A DNA stretch of 63,475 bases, counting the filler, from Cercozoa sp. M6MM (taxonomy: Eukaryota > Protista > Endomyxa: Ascetosporea): NCBI GenBank assembly GCA_040357565.1. It is 10 parts of 10 records of this genome, joined end to end, with 100 filler letters (N's around TTAATTAATTAA, not from the genome) between each part and the next. Parts side by side here need not be neighbours in the genome. Positions count along the whole stretch, not along the records: positions 22,987 to 43,578 come from JBDODJ010000198.1; 9 more parts are not named here. One strand, given 5' to 3'. The notes beneath the pieces were generated by a model. That model was not told the origin of the DNA. It saw nothing but the letters and a program-made list of their open reading frames with translations, and did not search any database. Below are positions 24,288-38,254 of the stretch, piece by piece. Both the position numbers and the translations under genes were made by a program. Each line of letters opens with the position of its first letter. Position 1 is the stretch's first letter.

Positions 24288-25193
24288 ATGGGCGCCTCTC
24301 AGTCCTCGCTGACGCCTGAGGACATTTCCGAGCTGCAAGACCCGTCGATTTCACAATGTACACTTGTTTCTGTGAGGATATTGTTTCAGCAAACAACAGA
24401 AGAAACTTTGCTTTTTAATGTGTACAGTTTCTGACGCCGAGATCAAGGCGCTGTACGAGCGCTTCAAGCGTCTCGACCGCGATGCGTCGGGACTCATCAG
24501 TTTCAACGAGTTCCACTTGATTCCGGTATGTTGATAAAACCTCAAGCTCATAAAAACTGAGGTCAGCTCTGCAGGAACTCTCGATGAACCCAGTCGGCAT
24601 GCGAGTGATCGAACTGTTCGACGAACGCGAAGAGCGCGCACTCGACTTTAAGAACTTTGTAAAGAACTTTGTAAAAGCTGGTGTCTGGCGCTTTCCGGTC
24701 TGTCTTCCATTTGCTCTCGTTGCAGGTGAGTGCGCTATGGACCATGGACAGGAGAGCAGAAGCATCGCTGAAGCAGGCGTTCGCGTTCAAGTTGTACGAT
24801 GTCGATGAGGACGGCTTCGTCTCGGTCGAGGACGTTGCGTCGATTCTGCGCGTACTTTCTTCTTTTTTGCCGACACTGTGACTTCCGTTTCAATGCGCTG
24901 GGAATCGAAGCTGATGTGCGGAGAGTCGATGGACGAAGGCGAGATCCTTCGCATCGCCACGGCCACAGTGGTACACTCGAGAATTGAGTTGTCTCACTTC
25001 GAGATTTGTCTGTGTGTGTCTGTGTCTGTGTCTGACGTCTGTTGCGCTGCAGAAAAGGCACGACCTCGACAAGGACGGACGTTTGTCGCGACAAGAGTTC
25101 GCCGAGGCATTGCCGACCGAAGAGTGCGCTCGATTGCTGAGCATGCGGCCACTCAAGGAGAACCTCAATTCGCATCTGCAGCCCGTCAGCTAG
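24288..25193 (+). CDS. Calcineurin B / CHP-like myristoylated EF-hand protein, six exons
   Basis: MGASQS N-myristoylation motif; LYERFKRLDRDASGLISFNEF; IPELSMNP; FAFKLYDVDEDGFVSVED; DLDKDGRLSRQEF. Confidence 0.9.
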
Positions 25194-25711
25194 CGTCGTT
25201 GGTTAGTTAAGTCTCCTAGGAAACCAACTATGTAGTTTCCCTGCACTTGTCTGGGGTGAGTCACAAGAGCATGGCCGAGTCTACCGCCCACTTAGGGTAG
25301 TGTCAGCTAGCGTAGTGCTCCGCTTGGTCGAGATCAGCCGCAGCCCTTTTGTTTTATTCTGCACTCGACTGTACACGACAGTATTCGATTGGCACTGTAC
25401 TCGACTGTCGTGTAAATAATACGATAGCAATGACACGATAGCAATGATGGGTTTCAATCCGTTTCCCGCCGTTTATCGATCGCGCAACGAGTTCAGTTCG
25501 AGTTAACACTTTGGTTTAGCGTCAGCTACATTACATCCAATAGACGGACAGACAACGCGAAAACACTCGATTGGTTCGCGTCGCGACCTGACTGGCTTTC
25601 GTAAATTGACGTCCACGCGGAAGATTTTTGAATGACAGATTTTCCAAACAGTGTCACAAAAATCTCCTCACTTCTCCATGAGCGTAGGCGAGAAGGTGCG
25701 TGTTGAGAGAC

Positions 25712-28700
25712 ATGGACGATGATGAAGAGTGCTTCGCTTTCGAGAAGTAAATCTGGCAAGTCACGTCGCTCGTCGCAGTCGGCTCATGCGCGAAAGCAAC
25801 CCAATAGGACCGCACAACTGATGCAACGAGCGCGTCACTTAGACCTGTATGATACACAACTAGTCTTCGCTATCTTTATGCATAAATGTATGCTGCTGCA
25901 AATTGAAAAACAGCTTCGATGTTGGTCCCCGCTTTCGAAGCGCTTGGCTTTTGAAATTTAAATCGCTCGAAACGGTAAACTTGTTACTATTGACGAGTGT
26001 GCAGCACCTACAGTTAACGATTTCTCCGTTCATTCCTGGATTGCAAACACAGTTGCAACTCCTGCGATGCAAGTTAGAGAATGCGGATTTGTCGTGCTTT
26101 CATCACTTGCATCGACTCAAGCGAGTATCTATCTGCGATAACAACATCACCGCACTGCCCACTGCCTTTCTTTCAAGCTGCTCTCGTTTGGAAGCGCTTG
26201 ATCTCAGGTACCGACTATTAAGCCTTGCGTCTTTATATAGTTTAACTCCCCACTTGTGCAGTTGCAACAAACTCAGATCCATCAGGCCTCTTTCAAAGAA
26301 CCTGCGCTCACTGCGAAATCTGTCGCTGTCGCAGAATCTCCTCACCAGCGAAATCGTGCTCGATCTGGCAGAGCTGGAGTTGCCAAAGCTCACCACTTTC
26401 GATCTGAGTGGCAACCGGCGGATACGTACTCTACTTTTAGATCCAACGAGTCGAAAAGATGGCGAAGACGCTTCATCGGACGAAGTGGATGCTTCAGTAA
26501 GCACATCGCTGGTGCGCGATCATGAGGGCAAGGCTGCTCCTGAGGTCTTGCAGCTAATTCGCGCCCTCGGACCCAATCTTCGAAGTGTCAACTTTAGTGG
26601 AACGTCTCTTGCTACATTCAACGACTTGGAAGCTCTAGCGCAACTGTCATGGATCAAGCATGTGCAATTTCGTCATCCGTGGTATCGTGATCCGCTCTTA
26701 CCCTGAAACAACTGAAAGCAGTAAATTTATGCTTTACAATTGTATCGCGACATTGACAGCGCCGTACCAGCACCGTGCACTCGCTTGTACAATTATCACA
26801 CGTTTGCCTTGCGACTGTTCGTGCATTTGGAGTCACTCGACGGGGTGCGTCTCGATGCGACAACGAAACTGCTCGCCCAAAGTACTTTCACGAAAAAGCA
26901 AATGTTTTACTTCATGCAAAGCAAGTTCATACGGCGGCATGTTCATTCTGCTGGCATGATTGCGTAAAATGTTTTTTCAGCGTAAGTTTACGAATGGCCA
27001 ACCCTTTACGTTGCTGGTATTCAAACTTGACAGTCGCAAGATTGCCAAGCATATGGAGGAATCGACACAAAAGCGCTTGAGAAACCTGCAAGGCACAATT
27101 CGGGAAGTCGAGCGAAACCTATACGCCAGCTTTGCTGCCGGTCACACCACGTCAGACACGTTGCACAGAAAACTGTTAGACAAAAGGACGCAACTCATGC
27201 GTGAAGAAATGGTCGTCACAAGGCGAGAACTTGACTTTTTTGAGGACTTCAAGCACCTCACCGCTCTTTTCCTCGCCGAACGAAAACAGCAACTGTCCAT
27301 GTTAAAGCATGAGCTGAGATCAGGTACTGTAGAGTTGCAGGGGGTTTGTAAGTTACGAATTACTCACACTAAATTTACCCACTGCGGCAGGCGGCAACTT
27401 GCGATTCGAGGAAGCGGACTTGAACTCAAGCAGCGAAGTGGTGCCACTACAACGCTTGCTCAACGAAGGAGACGTAAGTGCCCGAATAAAAGTCGCCGAT
27501 TTCGCTCACGTTGCTGATGACGAAATCTCGCCAGATGGCACCGTCTTGGACGCCGCCAGTTTGGGAGATGAGGTCGAGATACGAAGGGTAACGTTTGTCC
27601 GAAGTCGGGTGGCGCTGCTGCGATACGAGGACGCAGTTGCTCGCATCATTTCTGAGAATGAAAAGAAGCCCGAGCGACAAAGCATGACACCAACGGCGAG
27701 GCGGTTGTTTCTTGTGTTTGACCCACCAGCCGAGGACACCGACACGCCTTTGTCGCAGCAACACTCGCAACTGAAAGCGAGAGCATTGGAGATGTGCGCG
27801 AAGGGCGTCGACTCGATCAAGTCGTCGAATCCGCTCGAGCTCGATTTTGAACTGCCGGCGCACGTGGCGTTGACGGATAGTCTGGTACACGCGAATGCGG
27901 CCTTTTTGAAACACAGATTGCGTCATGTCGCGTCAAAAGGCGTGACGAAGGGCGATTCCGTGCCTATGAGAGGCTTTGCTGTGGTGTGCAAGTGCAGTTT
28001 TGTTGCCGGTAGAGTCCGCACCCTCCAGGAAGCAAGAGAACTTGGGTACCACGTAGTCGAATCCTACCAATACTGTCAATTGATAGTCCCCGGGCTCCAT
28101 AGGGACCAGACGGTGAAACGATTGGCGAGCAACAATTTCATTGACGCAGTGTGCTTGAGCAAGCGTTTGACATTCCCTGCCTGTGCGTCAAAGACCACTC
28201 AACAAGAGTCAAGCATAGTGGCTCGTGATTCCGTGCATTTCTTCTCCTACTTCAATTCGGATCTGATCGTGCCTGAAGCCTTGGTGGTAGCGCAACTATG
28301 CTGTAAATTTGTTGGTGTAATTTACTTGCGGGGTGGCTGTATCCTTCCAGGAGTTTGATTGGACGTCATCGAATTCTGCCGACTCGCAGCTGGAGACGGT
28401 TTCATTCCGAGAGGTCCTGCGCTCGACAATCTCGCTACCGCGTTCGAGATTCTATCAGGCCGACTGGGACGCCATTCTAGACGTTTGCTCTTCCAACGAC
28501 TACATGTTGACCACGCTTTTCGCTGGGGAACTCAAGACATCATTGCGAAAGCACGGTGTCTTGCCAAGTCAACCAAGAGATGCTGAAGACGATGACACGA
28601 CAACAACGCGCCTCGACAAGAGAGCAACCACCTGTCCGAGTGCTTGGATGCTTGCACAATTTGTTTTGACATGGTAAAAGTTATATCTACTCGTTGTATT

Positions 28701-31700
28701 TTGGGACGAACCACCGATGCATTTTCGACTGCAGGTGCCGCCATCAGTGTGCACCTATGTACGTCTTACCCGGTGACATACCAACATGCACGCAAGTTCC
28801 TCCATTGCCTCTTGCTGCAAGCCTCAGTTTCCACAACCAATCAATTGAATCGTTGCGTCAGCTGGAGAACATCGAAGGCTGGGTGCACACACGCCGTTTG
28901 TGCGTTAGCTTCAATCGATTCACTCAACTTGAGAAGTTGTTCAACGAAATGTGCGAAGTTGGAGCGACGAATGTGGAGACGCTCGATGCGTCGCACAATC
29001 TGATTTCTTTGGGGTCAGGACCAAAGAGTCCAGCAAAGTCGCTTTCGTTACCAAAGCTGCGATCTCTGAACCTCGACTTCAATCGCTTTGGGACACTGAA
29101 AGACCTGTTGCAACTCTGTTCGCTCCTTCGATTGCGAGCGCCAAAGCTTGAGGCTTTGTCACTTCGTTACAACAGATTCTCGGTACACAAGCAGTATGAG
29201 CTGAGCTCTTTCTGTAATCAAATTCCCGGTATCATTCGCTGCGTAAAACAGAGAGACGACGAAAGAGTGGAGAAAACTTTGGCACAGATGATTCCTTCAT
29301 TGGTTAAGATCAATGAGATTGATGCCGAAACACTGCGCCAATCGCAGCAAATGCGCGAGTTAGGAACACAAACAATGCTGTCACGTGTCCTCGGCGCTGC
29401 TGTGTTTGAGTATAGCACAAAAGAGTTGGTTCAAAGCGCACGCGAGCAGTCGTTGACCAGCAGCAATCCACCGTCGATAGCAAGCAACGAAATCGTGACG
29501 AGTTCTTCCTCTTCTGAAATGCAGTTGCGCAAGCTGTCACAGATATGTTCGCTGAACGTGGACGGGTGGAGTTTGCAACAGTCGCACCAACAAACAACAG
29601 TTCCGCTCTTGGAAGCACTGCCGCTGCTGCAAATGAAAGGCTTGCGGTCTCTCAGTTGCTGTGACAATGGCATCATCGATGTTTCACCTTTGGCACAGCT
29701 GACGCAGCTGGAAGAACTGTCGCTTGAAAGAAACGAAATTTCAGACATTTCATCGCTTGCAAATTTGACGCAACTGCAGCGTGTCGAGTTATCGCACAAC
29801 AGACTTACGTACCTTCCGCTTGATGTGCTCGAAGCTTGGGCCGACACATTGACAATGCTGTAAGCATTTAATACTCTCACACAGTCTGTGATACACGACA
29901 AAAAGTGCGCCATTCTTCCGGTACATGTTGTGCAGGTCAGTTGAACATAATCGCATCGACGATAAGGCACTTAAAGTGTTTGGATCGCCGACAAGTGAAC
30001 GCAAGGATATTATGACATTTATAGAGGTGAATTCTACGGCTCTTTTTTGGTTTCCGCGGGCTTTGGCCTTCGGTGAGTGCAGTTACTCTGTTGAAGTTAT
30101 TTTACGTCTCCGCGTTTCAACAGCCGCACCGAGAAGAAGTGCCGCAATGCGTGTCGATGCGAGTCCTCCAGGAGTTGTATATCTCAGGAAACAACATTCG
30201 CGAGCAGATTTCGTTTTTGCGCTTGAGCGGCTCGCAGCAGCTCATAATTCTCGACACTGCACAGAACGACGAAATGCACAACAGGTCACAATGGCGTGAG
30301 TTTTGCGCATACCATCTGCCTCACGTTCATGTCTTGGACGGAGTCCCCGTTTCGCCAGAGGAACGTGTTTCTGCTCAGAAACGATACCATGGTATCTCAC
30401 ACACCTCACTTGAAACTTAGGTTACCGAAAAACTGTGAGCACAGGTCGCTTGTCGCGAGAGTATCTGCAGTGCTACCTCCCGTCGGCAACGCCTTTGCAC
30501 GAGATTCAAAAACTAAGCTTGTGCCAGCAAGAGGTAAAAATACTCGACAGGCATTGATTGACTTGCAATAAATTCGCTGTATCCAGTTGAAAATTCTCGA
30601 CACAAATGCTCTTTTGCCGTCGCATTTCACATCGCTGACGGAGTTGGACTTGAGCAGCAACAAACTGCGCTGTATCGATGTCCCGCTGTTGCAACTTCGC
30701 TCGCTTCGAACGCTCTGTCTGCGCGGCAATGAGATTACAGCAGTGGCTGACGATCATAGTTTAAGCGAACTCGGTAAACTGACTGCACGATGTTGTTCAC
30801 ATTTCGAAGTGATATGAGGTGTTCGTTGACCAGTACATCTACGCAAACTGGACCTGTCTGGCAACCAAGTATCTTGTCTAACGGAGCTACAGTTGGACAA
30901 CTGCTCACACCTGGTACGAACCTCAGTCACGTGTAATCTGCACGATCTATGACGGACAATATACCCCCCCCATACGATAAAACAGGAAGAACTCGACGTC
31001 AGCAACAATCAGCTGCAAAAAGTCAAAGAGTTTTGCCACGCGCATGCTCGTGCGGTATAATGCACGTACAGTACAATTAAACAAGACCTTATTGCACGTG
31101 GTATCTTTCTTTTGTAGTGTCACGGTTTACCGAGGTTACAGCACTTGGATCTCTCGGGGAATCGAATTTCGGTGATTGAAGCGGCAGCACTGTCACCTTC
31201 CCGAGTGCCGCGACTGAGTTCGCTGTGCTTGCGTGCAAATCGCTTGCGGCACTTGGTAGTTATGTCTGCAGTGACTACAGCAAATCATCTTCTTTGGGTT
31301 CATTTTGATGCGGTAGGAGTGTTTCGTAGGAGTGTTTCGCGATGGCCTCGCAAGTGCACGTGCTAGATGTGGCACAGAACAGAATATCGGACACTTCGCA
31401 ACTCGGATTCTTGTGCCAGAGTATATTGGAGTTTTATCGCTGCATGACTATGGAAGGGCTAACTTGTGTGTCTACAGTGGTAAATTGCACGCATTTGAAC
31501 ATGCAAGGAAATCCAATTCGAAGGCGACGAGGCTTCCGATTGTCTGTGTTGCTACGTCTGCGATCCCTATTGGTGCTCGACGAAGTCAACGTTCTTCCAG
31601 TACACGATCTTTCCCATTGCAGAAGCTGCTCCAACTTCACACGCTTACGATACGCCTGTGCGAAGGAAGAGCGCGCAAAGGCAGACTACAGCCATCAGCA

Positions 31701-32812
31701 AATCACCGTGCCGGCTGAGATAGCGAAACGAACGACATTGCTCAACGCTGATAGCGACAGTGCTTGTGCCCAACACGAAACCCTACGAGTATCGACACGA
31801 ACGTTGCACACCAGTCGCGACGCAGCCATTAATCCTGACAAAACCGACGCTGGCAGCAAGAAGCAACGAAATGCAACTGTTTCTCCAACACACCAACGAA
31901 GCCGCTCACTCCCGGTCTCCGATAGCCGGTGAGTTTCCTAACTTAAAACTGATTGTTCCGGTCTACTGTGATGTTGTTGAACTCAACTCGATCTTTGAGT
32001 GAGTAAACTTAGAACCGAGTTGTCGCTTACTTCGATGTCGCTAGGCGTCGGCAACAGCACCAATAACAGCAGCGCACACGATGCTTTAGATGAAGCCTAT
32101 TCAAAGGCCAATCCGAAACGATCCAAAATCGGCTGCTTGCGCAAGCGAAAAATGCCGTACGTAATGTCTAAGTTTAGCTACTTCAGCTGAAGATAAACTA
32201 TCATGCAATTCGCTGTAAATTTGCATTTACCGTGCGTTTTGTTTATCCCAGGAGACAAATGATGCGGCGACCAAGCTTCACCCTGTCGCAACAATCTTCT
32301 CTGGCGACACTTGACTTCACCGGTGATCATGACAAGACTGTAGCTGAAGAGCCTTCAAGCACACCGACAACGAGCAACAAAGACAACGAAAACACCAGCA
32401 CACTCCAAAAGGTGCAAACTCGCTGTACTGTATAAACTGTACTTGCAGTTTCGTGAAGATGCACTTGCACAGGGAAGTGCAAGCCCAGTGTATAGCGACA
32501 AAGCGTACGAGGCCGATGAAGACGAAAACGCATGCGTTGCTGAAAGTTTTGCACCAGGCGTGTCGCCGCTGCTAGAGGATGTCACCTGCGAAGCTGACGC
32601 ACTGCTGCGACAACTTCACTCGCGCAAACGGCCAACATACATCGTATGTTGACTGTGTTGACACGAACAGCAGTGTCGCAGCTTAGATTTGAAAGTGTTT
32701 GCAGCGAGCTCAAGGACACAAGGCTCCTTTGTCGCCGCAAAGACGTCAACGTCGCTCATTTCTGTTGCGTCAGCGGCACAATCTCGCCCCTGCACAACTG
32801 CGACACGATGAG

Positions 32813-32862
<50 letters not shown>

Positions 32863-32872
32863 NNNNNNNNNN

Positions 32873-32924
<52 letters not shown>

Positions 32925-33414
32925 GACGACATACGGTAGGCCTTCAATGAACGCATTCGAAAGGCGATGCACTCGCTTGAGGCACTCTCACTCCCGCGCA
33001 TGCAGCACTCGCAGCCGACGCAGCAGTCACCTCTGATGCGACCTGGCAGTGGCAATAGGTACTGTGGCATTGGTGATACCTGCAGTAAACCTTCTATATC
33101 AAATGCGTGTGATCGCTACAGTGTGAAGCCTCAGAATCGCTCTCGTCCGGGAAGCTCGAGCTCGAGGCACACGCACTCGACACTGTCAGCGGTGCGACGC
33201 AACCGACGCGGCCCGACCACACGGCACCGCAAGCGCGCCGCCATTGTCGCTTCTGTTGTACTCTGCCACTCTTGTACTCTTAGTGATCCTTGGCCGACCC
33301 TGAAATACTCTCGGGCGTGTTCTCCATTAGGCCCACGCGTCTGCACAGCACCAGGGACGCTTCGTGTCAGGCATGAAACTGTCTCGCCATATCGGCACAC
33401 TTGAACGAGAGTAA
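25712..33414 (+). CDS. LRRC9: Large leucine-rich-repeat protein, LRRC9-like (many exons; 3' end uncertain)
   Basis: N-terminal LRRs, PCTRLYNYHTFALRLFVHLESLDG..KKQMFYFMQ, GGNLRFEE, a central non-LRR region, then many LxxLxLxxN repeats; this architecture matches LRRC9 as I recall it. Confidence 0.65.
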
Positions 33415-33611
33415 TGTCCCAGTTGAGAGATGTAAATTTACACAGTAAACTTATTTGGCTCATCTGCACGAGAACTGAGCGCGGAAAGATGCGTTAAACA
33501 TTATCCTCGTGATTTCCGCAATCGATTTGGCCGTCGCGTATTTTGTGCACGCAACACTTATTCACGTACAGCTAGCACAGCAAAAACTAAAAACAGTGTC
33601 CGTCTGATGGA

Positions 33612-35373
33612 TCACTGCAAATGAGGCGGCAGCTGTGGTCCGATCGGCTCACTCCGACTCGCGCCAGGCTCTGCCGGAGCCATAGTCGGACCAATTGTCC
33701 CAGTTGTGCCACTGTTTGGACTGAGTTGGACGCGGCGTCGTTTCGCACAGGGTTCCAACGATCGGTCGGCACGAGGCAGCCGTCTGCGCACGGCAGCTTT
33801 TCGCTCGGCCGACAGGATCAGGTCGGGAGCGTCCGCGCGGAAGGTCCATGCCAGTGCCCATCGTGACTGCTTGCCCTGGGTCAGCACGGTGTCTCTGACC
33901 ACTGTGGCACCTTGTGCACGTGCCAAACGACGCAGTGGTTTCACCGACGACTTCTTGCCCAGCATCGTTGTGAACCATGTCGCTTCCTGCCAGGGGAGGG
34001 GGTAAATAGGGGGGTAAATAGGGGGTAAATAGGGGTAAAATGGGGGTAAATGGGGGGTAAAATGGGGGGTAAAATGGGAGGTAAAATGGGGTTAAAATGG
34101 GAGGTAAAATGGGGGTTAAAATGGGAGGTAAAATGGGGGGGGGGGTAAAATGGGGGGGGGGGTAGATAGGAGGTAATCGAGGGGGTAAACAAAGGGGGGT
34201 AAGATGTAAAGTACCTTCTCGCAACTCTCGCGAATCATGTTGCCGACGAAAGCGACTTCGCCTCCCTCACACACCAGTTCCGAATGCTGACAAGACAACA
34301 TGTTACCCCCCCCCTCCCACAACCTCTAATCGCAGAGTACCGTGGCAGGATTCGCGCGTCTTCTGTTCAGTCCTGTCTGTTCGAGACTATCGAAAAACTG
34401 CACCCGTTGGAGAAACGACGCAAGAAACGACGCAAGAAACGCCCAAGAAGTACAAGAAACGCCAAGAAATACACAAGAGTACACAAGAAACGCTGAAGCA
34501 AGAAATACAGGAGGATTGCAAACAGTGAAATCGACGGGAAAATGCCGTTTTTCGAGACAGGAAAAAATCGCGTTGCGTCCGCGATCGTTGTGAACGAGTG
34601 CGAGCCGAATATTTTTCGTATTTTTCGCCTGAATCTCCGCGCGGGCGTGTCGCAAACTTTCCGTGTCGACCTCGGTTCCAATAACTTGGATCTCGGGCAC
34701 GTAGTGCGCGATCAGAAGCGCCAGGATGCACGAGGCCCCGGTGCCGACGTCGATGGCACGTGCATGTTGGAAGCCGCCGAGTTGTTCCATCAGGTCCAGA
34801 CACCACAGACTGCACACACACACACACACAGTCTAGTTCCTGACTGATAGACTGGACAGACAGAGTCTGTGTACACGTAGTTCAGTCGCATCGGCAGAGG
34901 CGGCACCAAGTTCCTCCTGTAGCAAGTTTCACAATTCGAAAGAAACGCTGCTGTGGGCAAACGCTGCTTTGGAGAAACGCTGCGATAGGTGATTTTAAGC
35001 TTCTCTTTTTACTCTGGCAAATCCCATTCAACGTCGAAATCGCGTTTCAAAAGTGCTTTCGTCAGTGCTCTGTTAAAAAAAAACACTTTTTCGATTTCGT
35101 ATTTCGAACGTTTTTATTACCGATTGGCACGGTCATCGAGCCAGTCGATTCCTGCAGTGCCATCCGCGCGGACACTAAAAGTACAAGGAAAAGGTCAAAA
35201 AAAAATGATACAAGAACAGTGCAAACGAAAAGTACTGCACAAATTCAGCAAAGAATGGAACGTCTTTGGCCAGTTGCTGCGCAAAGAAACACACGTTGGG
35301 CACACGATAACACAAACCAAACACTCGATACGGCAAAGTCAGGAGCCTTTCGGTATGGATTTCGCGGATGCAT
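33612..35373 (-). CDS. METTL16: U6 snRNA m6A methyltransferase METTL16 / RlmF family
   Basis: MHPRNPY..PDF; LVPPLPMRLNY; IDVGTGASCI; CNPP|FF; GGEVAFV; WFTTMLGKKSS; QGKQSRWALAWTF. Confidence 0.93.
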
Positions 35374-35581
35374 GACCACTGCACTTAGTGAAACACGATC
35401 TTAGGTCTAAACTCCACTCTTTGATTCTGGGAGGCTGGCTGATCGAACGATGGGCACAGTTTACCCAAGCAGGCTAGCAACCACTAAGTAAAGTCCTGAG
35501 GAGTCACTGTACGCAGACGAGCTTACTTTTAAGTACGGTAACATAATGGATAAAATAAAACCCTGGTTCTTCGTGTACGGT

Positions 35582-37887
35582 CTAGCGCCGCAGGTCGACC
35601 GAGTGCGACACGTGCGGGTTGATACCGGTCTCGAAGCCCTGGTAGGGACCCTTGGGCGCCTTGTATTCGCGCACCACGGTGCGTCGTTTCGCCAGCGCCT
35701 TGGCGAACTTGACGCGCATCTTCTTGCGCTATGGGCAGATGGGGTAAAGGGTGGGGGTAATGGGGGTGGGAAATGGGGGTGGGATGGGGGGTAAACCAAC
35801 CGGGTTGCGCGACAGGCGCGAGCGGTAGCGCATGAGGCCGCGATTGTCGATGATGGCTTTGGAGGCCGCGCGACGGTGCAGTTCGTGCTGCTGGCCGTCC
35901 TTGCCGTGCTGCACAAAGGCCTGTGCCAGGTCGTCGTCCTGTCGGTAGCCATGCCACTTGCGCGTGTACTTCTCGGCACGCTCGGTCTTGCGTTGCGCTG
36001 TCTCGTCGGCCACGGACTGCATGAAACGCAGTGCCTTGGCGTGCACACTTTCCGCTTCGCTTGCTTCGATTTCGAGTGCTGCTTCGCTTTCGAGTGCTTC
36101 GCTTTCGAGTGCTGCTTCGCTTGCTTCGCTTTCGAGTGCTGCTTCGCGTGCTTTGCTTTGCGTTTTCTTTTTCGCCTTTTTCGCCGACTTTTTCGCCGCA
36201 GACGTTTCTTCGTGCGTTTCTTCGAGCTGCTTCTTGCGTTGCCGCTTGGCAGCTTTGCGCTCGAGTTGCGACAGGAGCTGCAGCGTCTCCTGCTGCAGCG
36301 ATCCGTCCTCCAGCAGCGAGTCCAGCGAGTCCAGCAACTGTTGCGTCTGTAGCAGTCGCTTCACCACCTGTCTCACGCGAAGCAACTCAACTCAAAGCAA
36401 CTCAACTCAACTCAACTCAAAGCAACTCAACTCAACTCAACTCAAAGCAACTCAACTCAACTCAACTCAAGTCGAAGCAAAAGCGAAAGCTACCGGGTGG
36501 TCAGTCTGCCTGGTGCCGCGGGCCTGCATGAGCAGGTAGAACAAGAGCGACGTGCAATGCGCCGACGCTGTGTCGAAGCGCGCACGCAGCACGCGCAATC
36601 CGCGATGCGACGCGAGCTCCTTCCGGTAGCGCTTCTTGAGCGCCGACGACTCACTCAGCAGCGCTTCCGCTCGCTGCAAGATCGTCGCTAGTTCTCTCAC
36701 TGAGCAGCAACTCAACTCAACTCAAAGCAACTCAACTCAACTCAAAGCAACTCAACTCAAAGCAACTCAACTCAAAGCAACTCAACTCAAAGCAACTCAA
36801 CTCAACTCAACTCAACTCAACTCAACTCAACTCAACTCAACGCAACTCAACTCAACTCAACTCAACTCAACTGAGAAAAGAAGCACCTTCGACAGAGAGC
36901 TCGCGGAAGGCGTGCGTCATTCCTTCGACTTCGGGTGCGAGCGTCTGCAGACGACGGAGCGCGTCCTCCTTGTCATCTACGCGCTCCTCACTGCACCGAA
37001 GCAAACTCATGAAAGCACCCCAAAGCAAAGCTTTTTGTGAAAGCAAAGCAAAACTTAAAGCTTTGAAAACCAAAGCTTTGAGACAAAGCTATGAAACAAG
37101 CTTCGAAAGCAAAAGCTATCGCTGTGAAAGCTTTGAAAACGCACGGCATCGAGTCGAGCGTGTCGAGAGAGGCCTCAACGTCGAGTAGCTTGAGTGCTTC
37201 GGCCTGCTCTTGCTCGCGCTGCAGCAGGAGTTGCTCCAGATCGTCCTCGTAGTCCTGCATCTCAGCTTGCTCGGCACGCTGCTGCTGCAGTCGCGCGGCT
37301 TCTTCGACTTCGTCCTCGGCAGCACTGTCCTCGCTATCGACGACCTCGTGCAAGACATCGGCACCATAGTAGTTCGTGGCACGACGGCCCCATTGCTTCG
37401 TCAGCAGTTGCTCGCGTCGCTCGGCGCGCTTCTCTTCATCAGCGTAGCGCTCCTGTCGCTCCTCGCGTCGCAGTGCATCCACTTCGTCCTCCTCGTCCGA
37501 GCTTTCGGCCCACTCATCCTGCCAGACACCAAAGCTTTCATTTCACCACTATTTCACATTTGCTTCGAAAGCTTTTGTTTCGAAAGCTTTGCTTTGCTTC
37601 GAAATCTTTGCTTCGAAAGCTTTGCTTCGAAATCTTTGCTTCGAGAGCTTTCGCGCTTGCTGTGAAAGCTTTCAAGTGCAGTTTGCAGCTACCTCTTCGA
37701 CGTGCGCATCGGAGTCGTCTTCGGAAACGGCGCCGTACTCGTACAGATCCTGCGGCTTGGCAATCGGCTCGTCGTCTGCTCGCAGACCGACCGGCTCAAG
37801 CTCGACTCGCTCGTGCTGCTCTGCAAACGCGTCCTCGGCGCTCTGCTCTGGCATGCGCCCACTGGGGCGCCGACTCTTTCGTCCCAT
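35582..37887 (-). CDS. UTP3: SSU processome protein UTP3/SAS10
   Basis: Acidic N-terminus, WGRRATNYYGAD..EVEEAARLQ, Sas10/C1D region (LLFYLLMQA..HPVV), C-terminal NRGLMRYR..RNP|RKKMRVKFAKA..YQGFETGIN..HSV. Confidence 0.9.
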
Positions 37888-38254
37888 TTGGCCTTCTGTC
37901 GCGGCTGCAGTCACGGCAGACAGTAAAAAGGGCCTCAGGAAAAACGCCACCAACAACACAAACACCACGAGACTCGCGGGTCAGTACAAAAATGTGCACG
38001 TGTGTGCTTGCTACCTTTAGTCACCTAAGGCAAGCGCGCAGAATGGCTTAAGCTTACAAGATTCACTCGCGCGACCGGAGCGCTGAAGCTGTACTCAAAA
38101 TTAAAAAACTGCTTGGTTCTGGGTTTTGGGTTTTGGCTCTGGGTTTCGACCAAACCCGGCAACGGGCCTTACCAGCTGCCCTGCGTGCGTCATTTCGGAC
38201 TTCTGTATGGTTTTCATTTTGCTGAGCATTTGGCTCAACTGACAAATTGAACAA

